Positions 1 through 13,258 of a stretch of DNA of 64,000 bases are shown here, piece by piece. The notes under the pieces are model-generated. The model was not told the DNA's origin and searched no databases. It saw only the letters and a program-made list of their open reading frames with translations. Positions within the stretch are counted from its first letter, which is position 1. Every line of letters starts with the position of its first letter. The position numbers and the translations under genes were made by a program. Origin of the DNA: Selaginella moellendorffii (taxonomy: Eukaryota > Plantae > Lycopodiophyta). The stretch is from assembly GCF_000143415.4 (NCBI RefSeq), contig NW_003314411.1:124452-188451 (forward strand), written 5' to 3'.

Positions 1-650
1 CACCTCTCATCGAAAATCTGGCGAAGTATGTCCGCCATGATGAACACGTCGTGCCCGGGCGGGTTGTAAGTCATGGCATTCGAAAAGGTGAGCTTGACAT
101 CGTCCGCAAACTCGACTGGCGTGCGGTAGTGGCCGCCCTCGAGCTTCTTCTTGATGGTGCCCAGGTCCATGGGCCGCCGGATCACCTTGTGGTAGTCGTG
201 GAGCCCGAGTTTGACAGCGTCCACGGGCTCGTTGAAAACCCAAGCGTGCTTGTGGGTGATGAGCTTCTTGAGCAGCGTCCCACACTGTTTCATTATGTCG
301 CCCATCCTCTTCATCCGCGCTAGCTCCACCCTTTGCCGCTTGTTGTCAATGTCGCCCTTAGTCCCTTTCTTGGGCGGGACGAGCGCCTTGGGCTTGACCT
401 TCTCCGGCGGCGGCATCTTGTCCTTGGCCGAGAAATACTCCGAGGTGCTGTACATCTGATTCGCCTTGGGCGTCCGCTTCTCCTTGCTGCTGCCGCCCGT
501 GCCCGGCGTGCCGAGAGTGCCCGACGATCTGGACTGCTGCTCTAGCGCCTCAATCTTGGTGCTAATCCCGATAACCTGTTCCAGGTCGAGCTTCAAGCGC
601 TTGCGGACCTCGCGCTTGGATTCTTTCGGCATTGCCGACACAGATTCCAT
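1..650 (-). CDS. GTE: GTE/BET-family bromodomain transcription factor, 5' part (runs off window edge)
   Basis: Manual minus-strand translation from ATG at 650: [26 protein letters not shown]...[10 protein letters not shown]...[56 protein letters not shown]...[15 protein letters not shown]. Classic plant GTE bromodomain; absent from the ORF track because no stop lies in the window. Confidence 0.93.
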   Translation of the reverse strand, partial: MESVSAMPKESKREVRKRLKLDLEQVIGISTKIEALEQQSRSSGTLGTPGTGGSSKEKRTPKANQMYSTSEYFSAKDKMPPPEKVKPKALVPPKKGTKGDIDNKRQRVELARMKRMGDIMKQCGTLLKKLITHKHAWVFNEPVDAVKLGLHDYHKVIRRPMDLGTIKKKLEGGHYRTPVEFADDVKLTFSNAMTYNPPGHDVFIMADILRQIFDER

Positions 651-1181
651 CGATCACACGCACCTGGAGGCCGATCCCCACACCCTAATCACTAGGCCAG
701 GGCTCGGCGGCAGATCCCTACCGAAACCCTAGAACACATGACGGAAGAGAGGAACCGAGGGCTCCTTTAAAAGCGGTGTCCACGCTGTCCTGGCCGTTAG
801 ATCCCCATCGGGCGGTCCACATTCCTCGGGGCCCCCGGCCGTTGGATCCCGGATCGGACGTCGATTTTGATCTCTAGCCGTCGGATGTGCATCGCACGGC
901 TGGCGCCCCGGGCAGCCGGTCCGCCGTCGGATGCGTGTAAACGGTTTCGATGGGGCTGCCCGTGGTACACGTGGCGGGACTGCAACCGCAGGCGCCCTAT
1001 CCGTAAAATGGAAAAGAAAGTTTTTTCACACGGTTTCCCCAGACGCGGGGGAATCTTCACTGATACCGTGGCGATATTTTTTTTCTCTCTCTCGCTGGCA
1101 CTTTATAAGTATCTAGAGTCGGGTTCGCGATCTCGACACGTGTTGCCGCTCAACACCGTTGATTTGCGTCTTCTTGTGTTC

Positions 1182-1272
1182 GTCACTCAGGCCTGTACTG
1201 TCGTCACTAGAGCTCGATCGGGAGCTTCTCGGAGGATTGACAGATTTTCACAGAATTTCTCATCCCTGTGAC
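1182..1272 (-). ncRNA. Box C/D snoRNA, snoR14/SNORD110-like, guiding 18S Um in GGAUUGACAG
   Basis: Minus strand: terminal stem GTCAC..GTGAC, C box GGGATGA, guide AATCTGTCAATCCT (antisense to conserved 18S AGGAUUGACAGA) followed by D' CCGA, C' GTGACGA, D box CTGA. Confidence 0.85.
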
Positions 1273-1290
1273 TCAAATAAAAATGATCGA

Positions 1291-1361
1291 TCGCTCAGAA
1301 CCTGCTGGAACAAAGTCCCAATCCTATCAAAAGATCTTCTTGTTCGAGTTCATCACTGCGA
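1291..1361 (-). ncRNA. Box C/D snoRNA (target not identified)
   Basis: Minus strand: stem TCGC..GCGA, perfect C box GTGATGA, D box CTGA; middle member of the cluster. Confidence 0.7.
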
Positions 1362-1369
1362 GCCCCAAA

Positions 1370-1455
1370 TCACTCAGCGCTTCTTAGAGGGTATTTCCCC
1401 ACATCAGGCACAAAGAATGGCCTCTAGGGTGGAAATATGAGCTTCATCACGGTGA
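1370..1455 (-). ncRNA. Box C/D snoRNA with guide to 18S rRNA GCUUCUUAGAGGG
   Basis: Minus strand: stem TCAC..GTGA, C box GTGATGA, internal D' CTGA, guide CCCTCTAAGAAGC just before D box CTGA. Confidence 0.85.
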
Positions 1456-1713
1456 AAAACCCCGATAATCCCACGCACACAACGCCTAGAAAACACTCCT
1501 CATAGCAGACAGATCTCAGCACTAGATCAGCAATTGAAACGACGATTCGCGAGAAATCACAGGAGCCAGAGATTTTCCAGTCCAAGTGGCCGCTTGGATC
1601 ACCCGGAGATCGCAAGCGGATGGAAGAGCGACTGGAGAGACACTATGTCTTGCCGCCGCCAGGGCGAGATCGCAGCAGCGCCCAAACGGGGCGCTGCCGC
1701 CACACAACGCAAG

Positions 1714-1767
1714 AACCCTAGAAATTGACCTAGAACCACATTTTTTATGATCGAGAGCTAGGGTTTT
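1714..1767. promoter_or_regulatory. Telo-box pair in putative bidirectional promoter (snoRNA cluster / PBC1)
   Basis: AACCCTAG at 1714-1721 and CTAGGGTTTT at 1758-1767 between divergent units. Confidence 0.5.
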
Positions 1768-1793
1768 CTGATCGCGGTGATCTGGTGGAAGCG

Positions 1794-2749
1794 ATGTCGG
1801 TAAGGTTTTTGCTAGCGCCGATCGATTCCTGGAGCTGAGAGCTTCCGCCTTGGCAGATTTTCACCTACAATGGCAGCGCCTTGGTTGCGATGGTCGGAAA
1901 GGATTGCTTTGCCATAGCCAGTGATCGCCGGCTTGGTGTGAATTTCCAGACGATAGCTACGGATTTTCAGCGCATTTTCAAGATCCATGACAAGCTCTAT
2001 GTCGGATTAGCAGGGCTTGCTTCCGACGTCCAGACTCTGTAAGTTTCTTACTTTGAATTTTTTTGTGCGTTCTTTCTGATTCGCTCGCTGCCTTTGTAGC
2101 TACCAACGATTGAAGTATCGACACAACCTCTTCCAGTTGCAGGAGGAACGAGATATGCGACCAGAAACCTTCTCGAATTTTGTCTCTGCAACACTCTACG
2201 AGAAGAGGTGAAAATTCTCTCCTTCTCTCTTTCGAAGCCTTTTCTTCATCTCTTTTGTCAGATTTGGTCCCTACTTCGTTCAGCCTCTCATTGCTGGGCT
2301 CGGAGCAGACAACAAGCCTTACATCTGCACGATGGACTCTATCGGAGCAATGTGAGTGTCCGACTTTCGTAAGCTCATAAGTGACTTACTTGTTTTACGC
2401 AGCGAGCATTCCAAGGACTTCGTAGTCGGGGGCACTGCGTCTGAATCCTTGTATGGTGCTTGCGAGTCTATGTACAAGCCCGACATGGTAACCATTATTC
2501 TAGTTCATGTTACGAGTCCTGTTTTTTTTCTCTCTCAGGAGCCTGAAGACCTTTTTGAAACGATCTCACAAGCGCTGATCTCCTCGGTTGATCGTGACTG
2601 TCTGAGCGGCTGGGGAGGAATCGTCTACGTTGTGTAATAGCGCTGATTCTTTCTCCTCACCTTCAAGCATACTGATCTTATGCTTATTTTTCTTGTGTAG
2701 GACCCCCGACCAGGTAATCGTAAGAACACTCAAAGGCCGCATGGATTAG
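1794..2749 (+). CDS. PBC1: 20S proteasome subunit beta type-3 (multi-exon; first coding exon is 6 nt)
   Basis: Spliced translation MS|[45 protein letters not shown]...[24 protein letters not shown]...[11 protein letters not shown]...LKGRMD*; GT-AG introns. Confidence 0.96.
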
Positions 2750-3297
2750 GACTATGGTGCTTTCAGTTTGTTTATACTGGGCACTTGGAACATTTGGTCA
2801 GTGCTTGTTATCCATTGCAGTTTTACTTAACCGGTCCCTTGTCTTGCACTTTACGTCCGGAAAGTATCTTTAACATCACAGAATCACAAGCGATGTTTCG
2901 TTTTTCAGACGAAACACTAGGTTCTAAAAGCTGTGGAAGTTGGCAGCTTCATAAGAACCTCGGGTTTTGGGTTTGGATCCGCGTTGTGCTCATGACAGCC
3001 GTTTTTCAACAACACTAGACCGGCTCTGGTTGGCTGCCATTCAATGGGAACTGAGAAGTTTATCCTAAATTCATGGACCTCAAGTCGCCACAACTGTGAG
3101 TTGTACGTAAGAACGTCCAAGAATTTGCTTCTTGACCTGCTCTTGTTTAGTTGTCATTTTAACAGGTGGTTCCCGCTTTTTGCCATTCATTGTCTTTTAA
3201 CTGTTTGTGATAGCGGCTGCTGCGTTTTCCTTGTTTCTGTATTCTTATTGTCTGCCTGAATGTCCTGTCCTATCCTCTCTATTCCATCTCCTCTTGA

Positions 3298-5169
<1,872 letters not shown>

Positions 5170-5500
5170 ACCGTAAGTGATATTCTAGTTTTCTTCCTTC
5201 TGTTTCTTGCTAAATAGATTGAATTTTCAGAGGTACGAAAAATGGGAGCATTGCTGCATCTTAAATCAAACTTCTGGTTAGTCTGGTTCTTGTCTTCTTT
5301 AATTCAATTCATTACTCATCTAGGGCTGTGGAACTTCTGAAAGAACCCACAATTGTTTCACTCGGGTTTTCTCTTGCGTGCAGCAGCCTGATGGTTTGGC
5401 GGTGAGAAGTTGTGGCTTTTATCTGTGTTGCTGATTTACTAAGATAGTCACTTTTGCAGGAAGCAGCGAAAGGGAAAAATGGCATAGGCTTTGGCCAAGC

Positions 5501-7843
5501 ATGCAGTATGAGTCGCATGGATCATTCCACATTGAACGAGGCCCAGGAGAAAATGACAAGAGGAAGAGCTCTCTCTCTGGTATGCTTGCGGCATTAAAGC
5601 TATCAAGCAGCTCCAGGAACTTAGAGCTCGGGAAAAAGATCCACGCCGATGCAGTTCAAAGCGGCAATGAGGCCAACATTTACATGGCCAGCACTCTGGT
5701 GGACATGTACGCTAAGTGTGGCTGCTTGGCGGAGGCTCGCAAGGTCTTTGACAATATGCCATCGAAAAACGTGGTATCCTGGACGTCACTCATGCTCGGC
5801 TACGTGCAAAACTGCCAAGCCAGGACAGCTCTGGAGCTCTTCCAGCGTATGGTGTCCGACGGCTGCGTTCCAGACGCTCAGACTTACGTTGCTGCTCTCA
5901 AGGCGTGCTCAAACTTGGTGGCGAAAGAGTCAGGCAGTGCCGCGGATGGCAGGCTCCGGAAGATGGTGGTGCTGGAAACAGGATTCATGCTCCACTCTCT
6001 GGCTGCTCCATCGGGCTGCGACTCGGACATCTACGTCGCCAGCACTCTGGTGGACATGTACTCCAAGTGTGGAAGCATGGAGGACGCTCGAAAGGTGTTC
6101 CTTGGGATGGAGTTAGCGTCTCGAAACGTGGTGCTCTGGACAGCGCTCATGACCGGCTATGCTCATAACGGCGAAGGTGAGCTCGCTCTAGAGCTCCTGG
6201 GATCCATGAACTGCGCTCCAAATTCTCTTACGTTCGTCGCGGCTCTCAAGGCGTGCTCGGCTCTAGCAGCGAAAGAGGAAGGCCAGAGAAGCAGCGATGG
6301 AAAGATGGTGAAGATGGTGGCGCTGGAAGCAGGAATGCTCGTCCATGCCCGGGCTGGTTTGGCCGGTTTGGAGTCGGACATCTTCGTGGCGAGCACTCTG
6401 GTCGACTTTTACGCCAAGTCCGGGAGTTTGAACGACTCGTACAGGATCTTCGACGCAATGCCGGTGAGGAACGCGATCTCGTGGACGGCTCTCATGTCCG
6501 GCTGCGTGCAGGAAGGAGAAGGCGAGAAGGCTTTGGAGCTCTTCTCACAGATGATGCACAGGGATGGCTGTGAAGTCGATGCGCAGGCTCTCGTGGTGGG
6601 ACTCAGAGCTTGCATTGCCAGTGCTGGGAAAGAGGAGGCCAGGAAGATCGACGACAAAACGGTGGAGCTCGTCTCTCTCTCGAGTGGAGTCCGGCTGAAA
6701 GAAGCGGTGATCCAGCGATCGATGAAAGTGGCAGCTCTGGAAACCGGGATGGTTCTCAAGGATGAAGTGATCGATCGAATGGTCAAAGTGGTTTCTCTGG
6801 AGCGAGGAATGGCGCTTCACAGGGAGGCGAGAAAGCGAGGCTTCGAGAAAGATATCTTCGTCTCCAGCGCTTTGCTCGATATGTACTCACACTGTGGAAG
6901 CCTGGTGGACGCTCTCAAGATCTTCGAGGGAATGCCATGTCATAACGCGGTGACGTGGAATGCCCTGCTGCTCGCGTATGCCCAAAACGGTGAGCGTGAC
7001 ACGGCGCTGGACGTTTTCGCGTGGATGCGCCTCCACCGCGAATCCTACCACGTGGACGGCCAGACGTTCGCCAGCGCGCTCAAGGCGTGCGCCGGCATGG
7101 CCGCTCTGGACATGGGACGTGCCATCCACGTGGACGCCTGCCGCTGCGGCGCCGCGGAGCTGCCCGCGGTGGTCAACTGCGTCGTCGACCTGTACGGCAA
7201 GTGCGGCAGCACGGAAGCCGCGCGGCGCGAGTTTGACGCCGCGGGCGTCGCGGACGTGGTGACCTGGAACGCACTCGTGTCCGGGTACGCGTGGCATGCT
7301 GACGTGGCGGAGGTGTTTGGCGCCTTGTACGACATGCGGCGGGCGGGGGTAAAGCCCGACCGTATCACGTTTCTGGCGATTCTCACGGCGTGTAGCCATG
7401 GCGGGCTCGTCGACAAGGGGATTAAACTCTTTGAGAAGATGGATGTGGTGTACGGCATTCGTCCGGACGTGGAACACTACCACTGCATGGTTGATCTTCT
7501 GGGGCGGGCGAATCAATTGGAGCGGGCGGTGGAAATGGTGAGGTCCATGCCGGTGGAGCCAAATACCGTGACGTGGATGACGGTTCTTGGGGCGTGCTGG
7601 AAGTGGAAGAATGTGGAGCTTGGGCGATTGGCGTTTGAATCGGTGGTGGAAAAGGATAGACGCGAGCTCGCGGCTTACATGCTCATGGCGAATATCTATG
7701 GGAGCGCCGGGATGTGGGAGGAGAAAATGCGAGTGAGAGAGATGGGAATGGAGCTCCAAAAAGGGGAAGATTGTGTGGCCCATGCAGGTCTCGAACCTGC
7801 GACCTTGGCGTTATTAGCACCACGCTCTGACCATCTGAGCTAA
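5501..7843 (+). CDS. PLS-class pentatricopeptide repeat protein with E domain (no DYW)
   Basis: 780-aa ORF with repeated STLVDMYAKCG/NVVSWT/TFVAALKAC motifs, ACSHGGLVDKG, HYHCMVDLLGRA and an E motif; upstream exons possible. Confidence 0.93.
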   Translation: MQYESHGSFHIERGPGENDKRKSSLSGMLAALKLSSSSRNLELGKKIHADAVQSGNEANIYMASTLVDMYAKCGCLAEARKVFDNMPSKNVVSWTSLMLGYVQNCQARTALELFQRMVSDGCVPDAQTYVAALKACSNLVAKESGSAADGRLRKMVVLETGFMLHSLAAPSGCDSDIYVASTLVDMYSKCGSMEDARKVFLGMELASRNVVLWTALMTGYAHNGEGELALELLGSMNCAPNSLTFVAALKACSALAAKEEGQRSSDGKMVKMVALEAGMLVHARAGLAGLESDIFVASTLVDFYAKSGSLNDSYRIFDAMPVRNAISWTALMSGCVQEGEGEKALELFSQMMHRDGCEVDAQALVVGLRACIASAGKEEARKIDDKTVELVSLSSGVRLKEAVIQRSMKVAALETGMVLKDEVIDRMVKVVSLERGMALHREARKRGFEKDIFVSSALLDMYSHCGSLVDALKIFEGMPCHNAVTWNALLLAYAQNGERDTALDVFAWMRLHRESYHVDGQTFASALKACAGMAALDMGRAIHVDACRCGAAELPAVVNCVVDLYGKCGSTEAARREFDAAGVADVVTWNALVSGYAWHADVAEVFGALYDMRRAGVKPDRITFLAILTACSHGGLVDKGIKLFEKMDVVYGIRPDVEHYHCMVDLLGRANQLERAVEMVRSMPVEPNTVTWMTVLGACWKWKNVELGRLAFESVVEKDRRELAAYMLMANIYGSAGMWEEKMRVREMGMELQKGEDCVAHAGLEPATLALLAPRSDHLS

Positions 7844-7849
7844 TAGGCC
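7776..7849 (-). tRNA. tRNA-Ile(AAT), antisense to the PPR 3' end
   Basis: GGCCTATTAGCTCAGATGGTCAGAGCGTGGTGCTAATAACGCCAAGGTCGCAGGTTCGAGACCTGCATGGGCCA; cloverleaf, A/B boxes, T5 terminator at 7758-7762. Confidence 0.95.
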
Positions 7850-7932
7850 TTAACTATCAGTGATTATAAAGTTACTGGATTCAAGGAAATGTTAGACATT
7901 ACTCCATGATTATATTGGTTCTACAAAAAGCC

Positions 7933-8006
7933 TGGCCCATGCAGGTTTCGAACCTGCGACCTTGGCGTTATTAGCACCACGCTCTGACCATCTGAGCTAA
8001 TAGGCC
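7933..8006 (-). tRNA. tRNA-Ile(AAT), tandem copy
   Basis: Same 74-nt sequence with one T-loop difference (TTCGAAA); T5 terminator at 7925-7929. Confidence 0.95.
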
Positions 8007-8227
8007 TTACCAATAATCAGTTATGGGCAAAGAATTTTATATAGTTTTAGAAACATTAGCCTCCAAATCTTTGGACTTCATGAAGGTTTCGAATAATCGT
8101 ATAGTGATAATGTGACAGAAAGGTTTAAGTCTCGAACGTACGACCTTTTAAAAAGTTTATCATTGGTGATTTGTATGTACAGATAAAAGTTCCACGCTAT
8201 TCTATACAAGACGAGAGTTTTCTTCGT

Positions 8228-9096
8228 TTAGTTAGTCTCGTGCTCGGGCCGCTGCCCAAACCATCGCGAAGGCAGTCCTCGCCTCTTGAGCAGCCGCGAG
8301 AGCGCCGACTCGGGCATCTTTGCTCGCTCCTCCTCCGCCAATTCTTCCGGGGTCTTTGGAATCGAGTCTGGCTCCAGGAACAGCTCCTCCTTCTCCACCA
8401 CTGCCGCCGCCTTCGCTGCCTCTTCCCGCGAGCGCGCCGCTACGTTTTTCTTTCGATTGAATCCCGCGAGCACGACCAAGTTCTTGATGAGAGTGGTCAC
8501 GCCGCCGGACTGCCTGACGAGATTCTCCAGCCTCTCCAGCGGCTGGCACGACTGATTAGCATCGTCGAAGGCAGCAGCGCATTCCTCCTGGGAGCTCTCC
8601 TGGAAAACGAGAACCAAAAGTGTCAGAGAGATGGACAGACGATTCTTCACGAATCAATCGAAGCGGACAAACCTTGATCTTCTCGAATTCGAAGAGAGCA
8701 TCGTAGCACTCGTGGGCCTGGTCCCCATCCAGAATGGTGCATTCGTCTACTCCACAAGCAAGAGAGAACCACAGAGAACTCTCAGAGAGATTTCAATCGA
8801 ATCGAGCAAGCTGATTTACCTTGCAAAGCGTGCTCGGCCTTCTCGAGCAGCGTCCGCTGTCGCATTCCACGAACGCTTCTACTCTGCGTGAATGGCTCGA
8901 GCTTTGGAACCTCGGACGAGACCGACACCGACGATGAAGATGAAGATGATGATGAAGAAGAAGAAGAAGAAGAAGCCGAGACAGCGGCTACGACACAAGG
9001 ATGCGAATGCGATCGCCGATTGGCACCAGGAAGCCACGAATTCTGCGCCACCACGCCCACGCCGATTCTAGCAGCAGTCGCAGCCATAGCTCCCAA
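8228..9096 (-). CDS. CBP1: CCG-binding protein 1 / MEE14 homolog (3 exons, poly-Ser N-terminus)
   Basis: EVPKLEPF...LLEKAEHAL, CTILDGDQAHECYDALFE, LENLVRQSGG, IPKTPEELAEEERAKMPESALSRLL...WFGQRPEHETN match the family pattern. Confidence 0.85.
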
Positions 9097-9522
9097 GAAC
9101 CCTAAACTCTAAAAAGTGGATAAGCTTCGTCAGATATTTGGGCCGAAAACTATTCCATGGCATATTCCGGACTTCCTTAACTTTATTAAGCGTTGGCCAG
9201 TCGATAGCGTACGGTCAGGCCCACTTCGCTTTCCTCTCTTTTTTATCTTTCCTAGGGTTTCCGGTGGCGAGCTCCAGGGCGCGGCGGCCATTCTCTCTCC
9301 AGCTCCTCGAATCCTCGATGTTAGAGTAAGTGATTGCCATTCCCGGCGAAAGATCCAGCGATTAGTGACATAAGCGGCAGCGGCCAGGGATTCAGTACAG
9401 GGATTTCCAGATCATGTCGCCTCCAGGAGCAGCAGGCACTGCGTGACACGAATCGGGATCGGCAGGGCCGGGAATTCGCCACAGGCATCGCGATTGTGGC
9501 CCGGAGAGGAGATCTGGTCGCC

Positions 9523-10725
9523 ATGACGTATTTCCCTCTCAACACTGGCGCGAAGATTCCAGCCGTGGGTCTCGGGACTTGGCAATCCGATGGAGCGTCG
9601 TGTAAGCTAGCGGTCCAAACGGCGCTCGAGGTGGGCTACAGGCATTTGGACTGCGCGCACTTGTATGGCAACGAGATCGAGGTCGGGCAGGCTCTCGGCG
9701 CGGCTCTCAATGGTGGAATTCCCGGCCTCCGGCGAGAGGACGTGTTCGTCACCTCCAAGTTTTGGTGCACCACTGACACCTCCAAGCGGGTGGAGATGGC
9801 TCTCACGGTCTCGCTCAAGAACTTGGGGGTGTCCTACTTGGATCTCTATCTGGTGCACTGGCCGGTGAGCTCCCAAGTCGGGGACGCCACGGATCCGCCT
9901 GGGAATGCCACCACCGAGCTCAAGAAGATGTCCCGGAGGCTCAAGTCGATCTGGCGGGCGATGGAGGCGCTGGTGGAGAGGGGCAAGGTTCGTGCGATTG
10001 GAGTGAGCAACTTTGGGATCTCGCAGATACAGGAGGTGGTGAGCTTCGCGAGGATAATTCCAGCAGTCAACCAGGTGAGAGCTATCAGAACTTTACCAAG
10101 GACCGATCTAACTCTCTATCTTTCCTTGCCAAGGTTGAGCTCCACCCCTTCTGGCGTCAAGACGAGCTCGTCAAGTTCTGCCAGTCCAAAGGGATCCACG
10201 TCTCAGCGCACACTCCTCTGGGATTTCCTGGAGCCCGCCTTGGCAGCTCCGGCAATCTCAGCTCCATGGGAGACGACGAAGTGGAAACCCGGAGCCAACC
10301 CATAGTTTTCTCGAGGTCGCGGTCTGTGCACGCTCCCATGCTCGGCACTTCAGCGGTGGCTGTCATTGCCAATCGGCACCGCAAGACTCCGGCACAGGTA
10401 CTTTTTGGTTCTTTCTTTTCTTTCAGCCTCAGAGCCCCGTCGTTTTCCTCCGCATTGATTGGAAACACGACACGCCTTTGAATGGCAGGTCATCTTGCGG
10501 TGGGGCGTCCAGAGAGGAACGAGCGTACTCCCTCGCAGCCTCAAGCCAGAGCGAATCAAGTCCAACTTCGACATACTCAACTGGTCCCTTTCGGACGAGG
10601 ATTGGAACTCGGTGAACACGATGGAGCCGCAGCTCAGGCTCATTGTGAGCAACCAGTCGTATCTCGGCGAGAACGGGAGGCCACTCCAAGCCGTGAACGA
10701 GATGGACGATGTCGATTTCCACTGA
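9523..10725 (+). CDS. Aldo-keto reductase (AKR4C-like), 3 exons
   Basis: LNTGAKIPAVGLGTWQ, catalytic D/Y/K/H (HLDCA, LYGNE, TSK, VHWP), AIGVSNF, NQVELHP, TPAQVILRW. Confidence 0.93.
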
Positions 10726-13258
10726 CTAGACCCATGGCAAAGGTAAGATCTCTCTTTCTCTCACACTCTCTAGCTCACTCGTTTCTTCTTTGAATGGACT
10801 AAAGTTTTGGACTAAAGTTTTGGCAGGACTGGAAGCTCACCTATATTTTTGTACAGTACACAAGCAAAAAGAAACCAACACGAGCGATAATAAATGCTTG
10901 CCACGTTATAGGGTTCATTGGAATTAAAATGCCATGTTGATAATAGTCTCATGCGGTGGGCCTTTCATGTACCGATCCATGTGACCATGCGTTGCCACCT
11001 TTTTTAAAGCTTATCTTGATCAAGCATGCCATGCCCTTCAGCGTGTGCCCAGAAAGACACAGCCATTTGGGATCACTCTTACTTACACTGGAGCAATAAA
11101 AGAGCTCCTTTATACCTTCGCCATGCTTCAGCAAGTATCAAAAGGAGAACTACTTTTCCAGGGCATCCAATTGTAGTGTTGTTTGCCAACACCAAAAGGC
11201 TTCGATCAAGTTAAAAACCTTTGGAAGCCAAGAACCTTGCAAACATTGGAACCAAGATCCCTAGCGCACTCGCGTTTGAGTCCATGGATGATCCACACTT
11301 GACACATTAAACTCCATTGTTCATGGACGGAAGGCAACAGGGGAGTCTCCTACGTGAGCCTAGCGAGAACTTCTGGGGCGGACATCACAGCATGCTTTGG
11401 AGCCCGCTTCAAGTAGTGTGGAATCCAGGTAGCAAAAGCCTCTGCGCTGGCAAACCCTCTGGATTGCAAGAAACTTCTGAAGATTACAGATTCAGCTCTC
11501 TCTTGTCGAAGTACGTAGTGTCCGAAACATCGACTGATAAGAGACTGCCTCTGGCTCTTCCGGTGCACCTGTTGCTGGTTAACCATAGATATAACAGGCA
11601 GAAACATCTACAGGAGATCTATCTAAGTTCTAACAAAAGGCTGAGCAAAATTTTTACACTCATCGCAGACTGATCCGTTCAATTGCTGTCTTAAAACCCA
11701 CCGGAATGCGGCCCTGCCAAAACCAAGAGAGGAAGCATCAAACATGGCGATGGAGGAAGCAGTGACCCATGCGATGGAAGCATTAAGGGGGTTGCGTGAC
11801 TTTTTCACCGTAAAAAAGTTACGGGCTTTCATGGCTGTCTCCATCCTCAAATCACTTCTGTTTCCTTCGCCTCTCATCTCCAGCTCTAATCTCTCTCTCT
11901 TTCAGCTCCGGATGGGCGCGCAGCGGTCGAGCTAATGTGATCACCCTCGCGCGATGGAATGCACACGTTGGAAGGTAATCGATCCATCGTCCTTATCAAC
12001 TGGCAATGGAACTTGGTTCATAGCTAAGGAGTGGTTCTTCTTTGTTTCGATTTTTCTTCAGATTGATCACTGGGAATACTTCTTTCCTTTTGTTTTTTCT
12101 TTCCAAGCATGACAGAAAGGTCGAGTTGTTTGGTTTGGCCGATGACATGAGAGAGCATAAGGAGCAGAATTCCATGTCTTTCAGTGTCACAGGACAACGT
12201 TTGCAACTGAGGGGAATGGTAAATGTTGTTGGATTTGGAACCATCAGGTCTTGTGTTCGAAAAGCATTTTCCAGCTCAGAATTAAGCAGGCAGAAGAAAA
12301 GGGCAATTCCACATTTTCCGTCTGAAGGAAAGAACTATGAACATCAAGCTTAGCATGCATACCATAGGCATCCAGATCCAAGCGCCTCAGACCTCTATTT
12401 AATCATCTTCTTTGGCCAACTTCAGGTAGAGGAGCAAGCGCCGGTACAGTAGTAGCAAAAACTTCTTCACGATGGTCTTACACTAGAACTTATGTTGATC
12501 ACACAGCTTTCTTTTGATATAGTGAGGATGGAACGCAGTACAAAACTGTGGCTTGATGGAGGCCACTGTTTGCGCATTCTCTCTTCCGAGGAAGGACACT
12601 AGGCGGCTTCAAGCACAGGTCACAAACAATTTCTTTCACTCAATTCTTCCTTTCTTTCGTCGCTTCCAAACCATACTTCTACCAAGTGAGCGAAGACTGG
12701 AAATGGGAAGAGACGCACGAGAAGGCTTTGCGCGCATCCTTTCTCAGCGTTTGGCATCAGCTGCGACACAAAGCTACGGGCAATGTAGCTGTTGCTTCCT
12801 TCCATCGATTTGCTTCTCAGACAGGGTAGTAACTTTGCGTGATCAGGTGCCGTCCATGTTACTGGTCTTCATTAGCAACTTTTTTTTGCTTCCCAATCAC
12901 TGGAGCTAAGTTTCGAAGAAAACAAAAAAGTTTAAATGCTACAAACACTCAGTATATATAGAAAAAGAAATATCACTAAATCTTCCTTCCCAGCACCATC
13001 AAACGGTGTAGAAAGTTGTGTTGCTTGCATCAGACAAAGATCCGAATCCACCAGCAATGTAAGATTTCTCCGCTCACATTTTCTCTTCCAGCAAAAAAAG
13101 AGCCACCTTCTCTCCAGCCGATGAAAAAGACATCACTCCCGATTGAATCACATAGTGTTAAGCCACCGCCTTCAAGTTTTTGATCCAAGTACCATGCCTG
13201 CGAGAACCTGATCCTGTCCACTCCACATCCTGATGTATTTCCATCGCAAGCCTGGAAG

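Noticed and set aside
5242-5500. Upstream coding exons extending the PPR N-terminus
   Set aside because: Splice sites are present, but the model I tried hits a stop before 5501; more likely UTR exons.
6887-7783. 298-aa antisense ORF in the PPR gene
   Set aside because: GC-rich shadow frame.
8125-8150. Third tRNA-Ile copy (gtctcgaacgtacgacctt)
   Set aside because: Only a short T-arm-like match; no cloverleaf.
10800-13200. Possible gene between AKR and the modular protein
   Set aside because: Only short ORFs with no recognisable motif or consistent exon chain.
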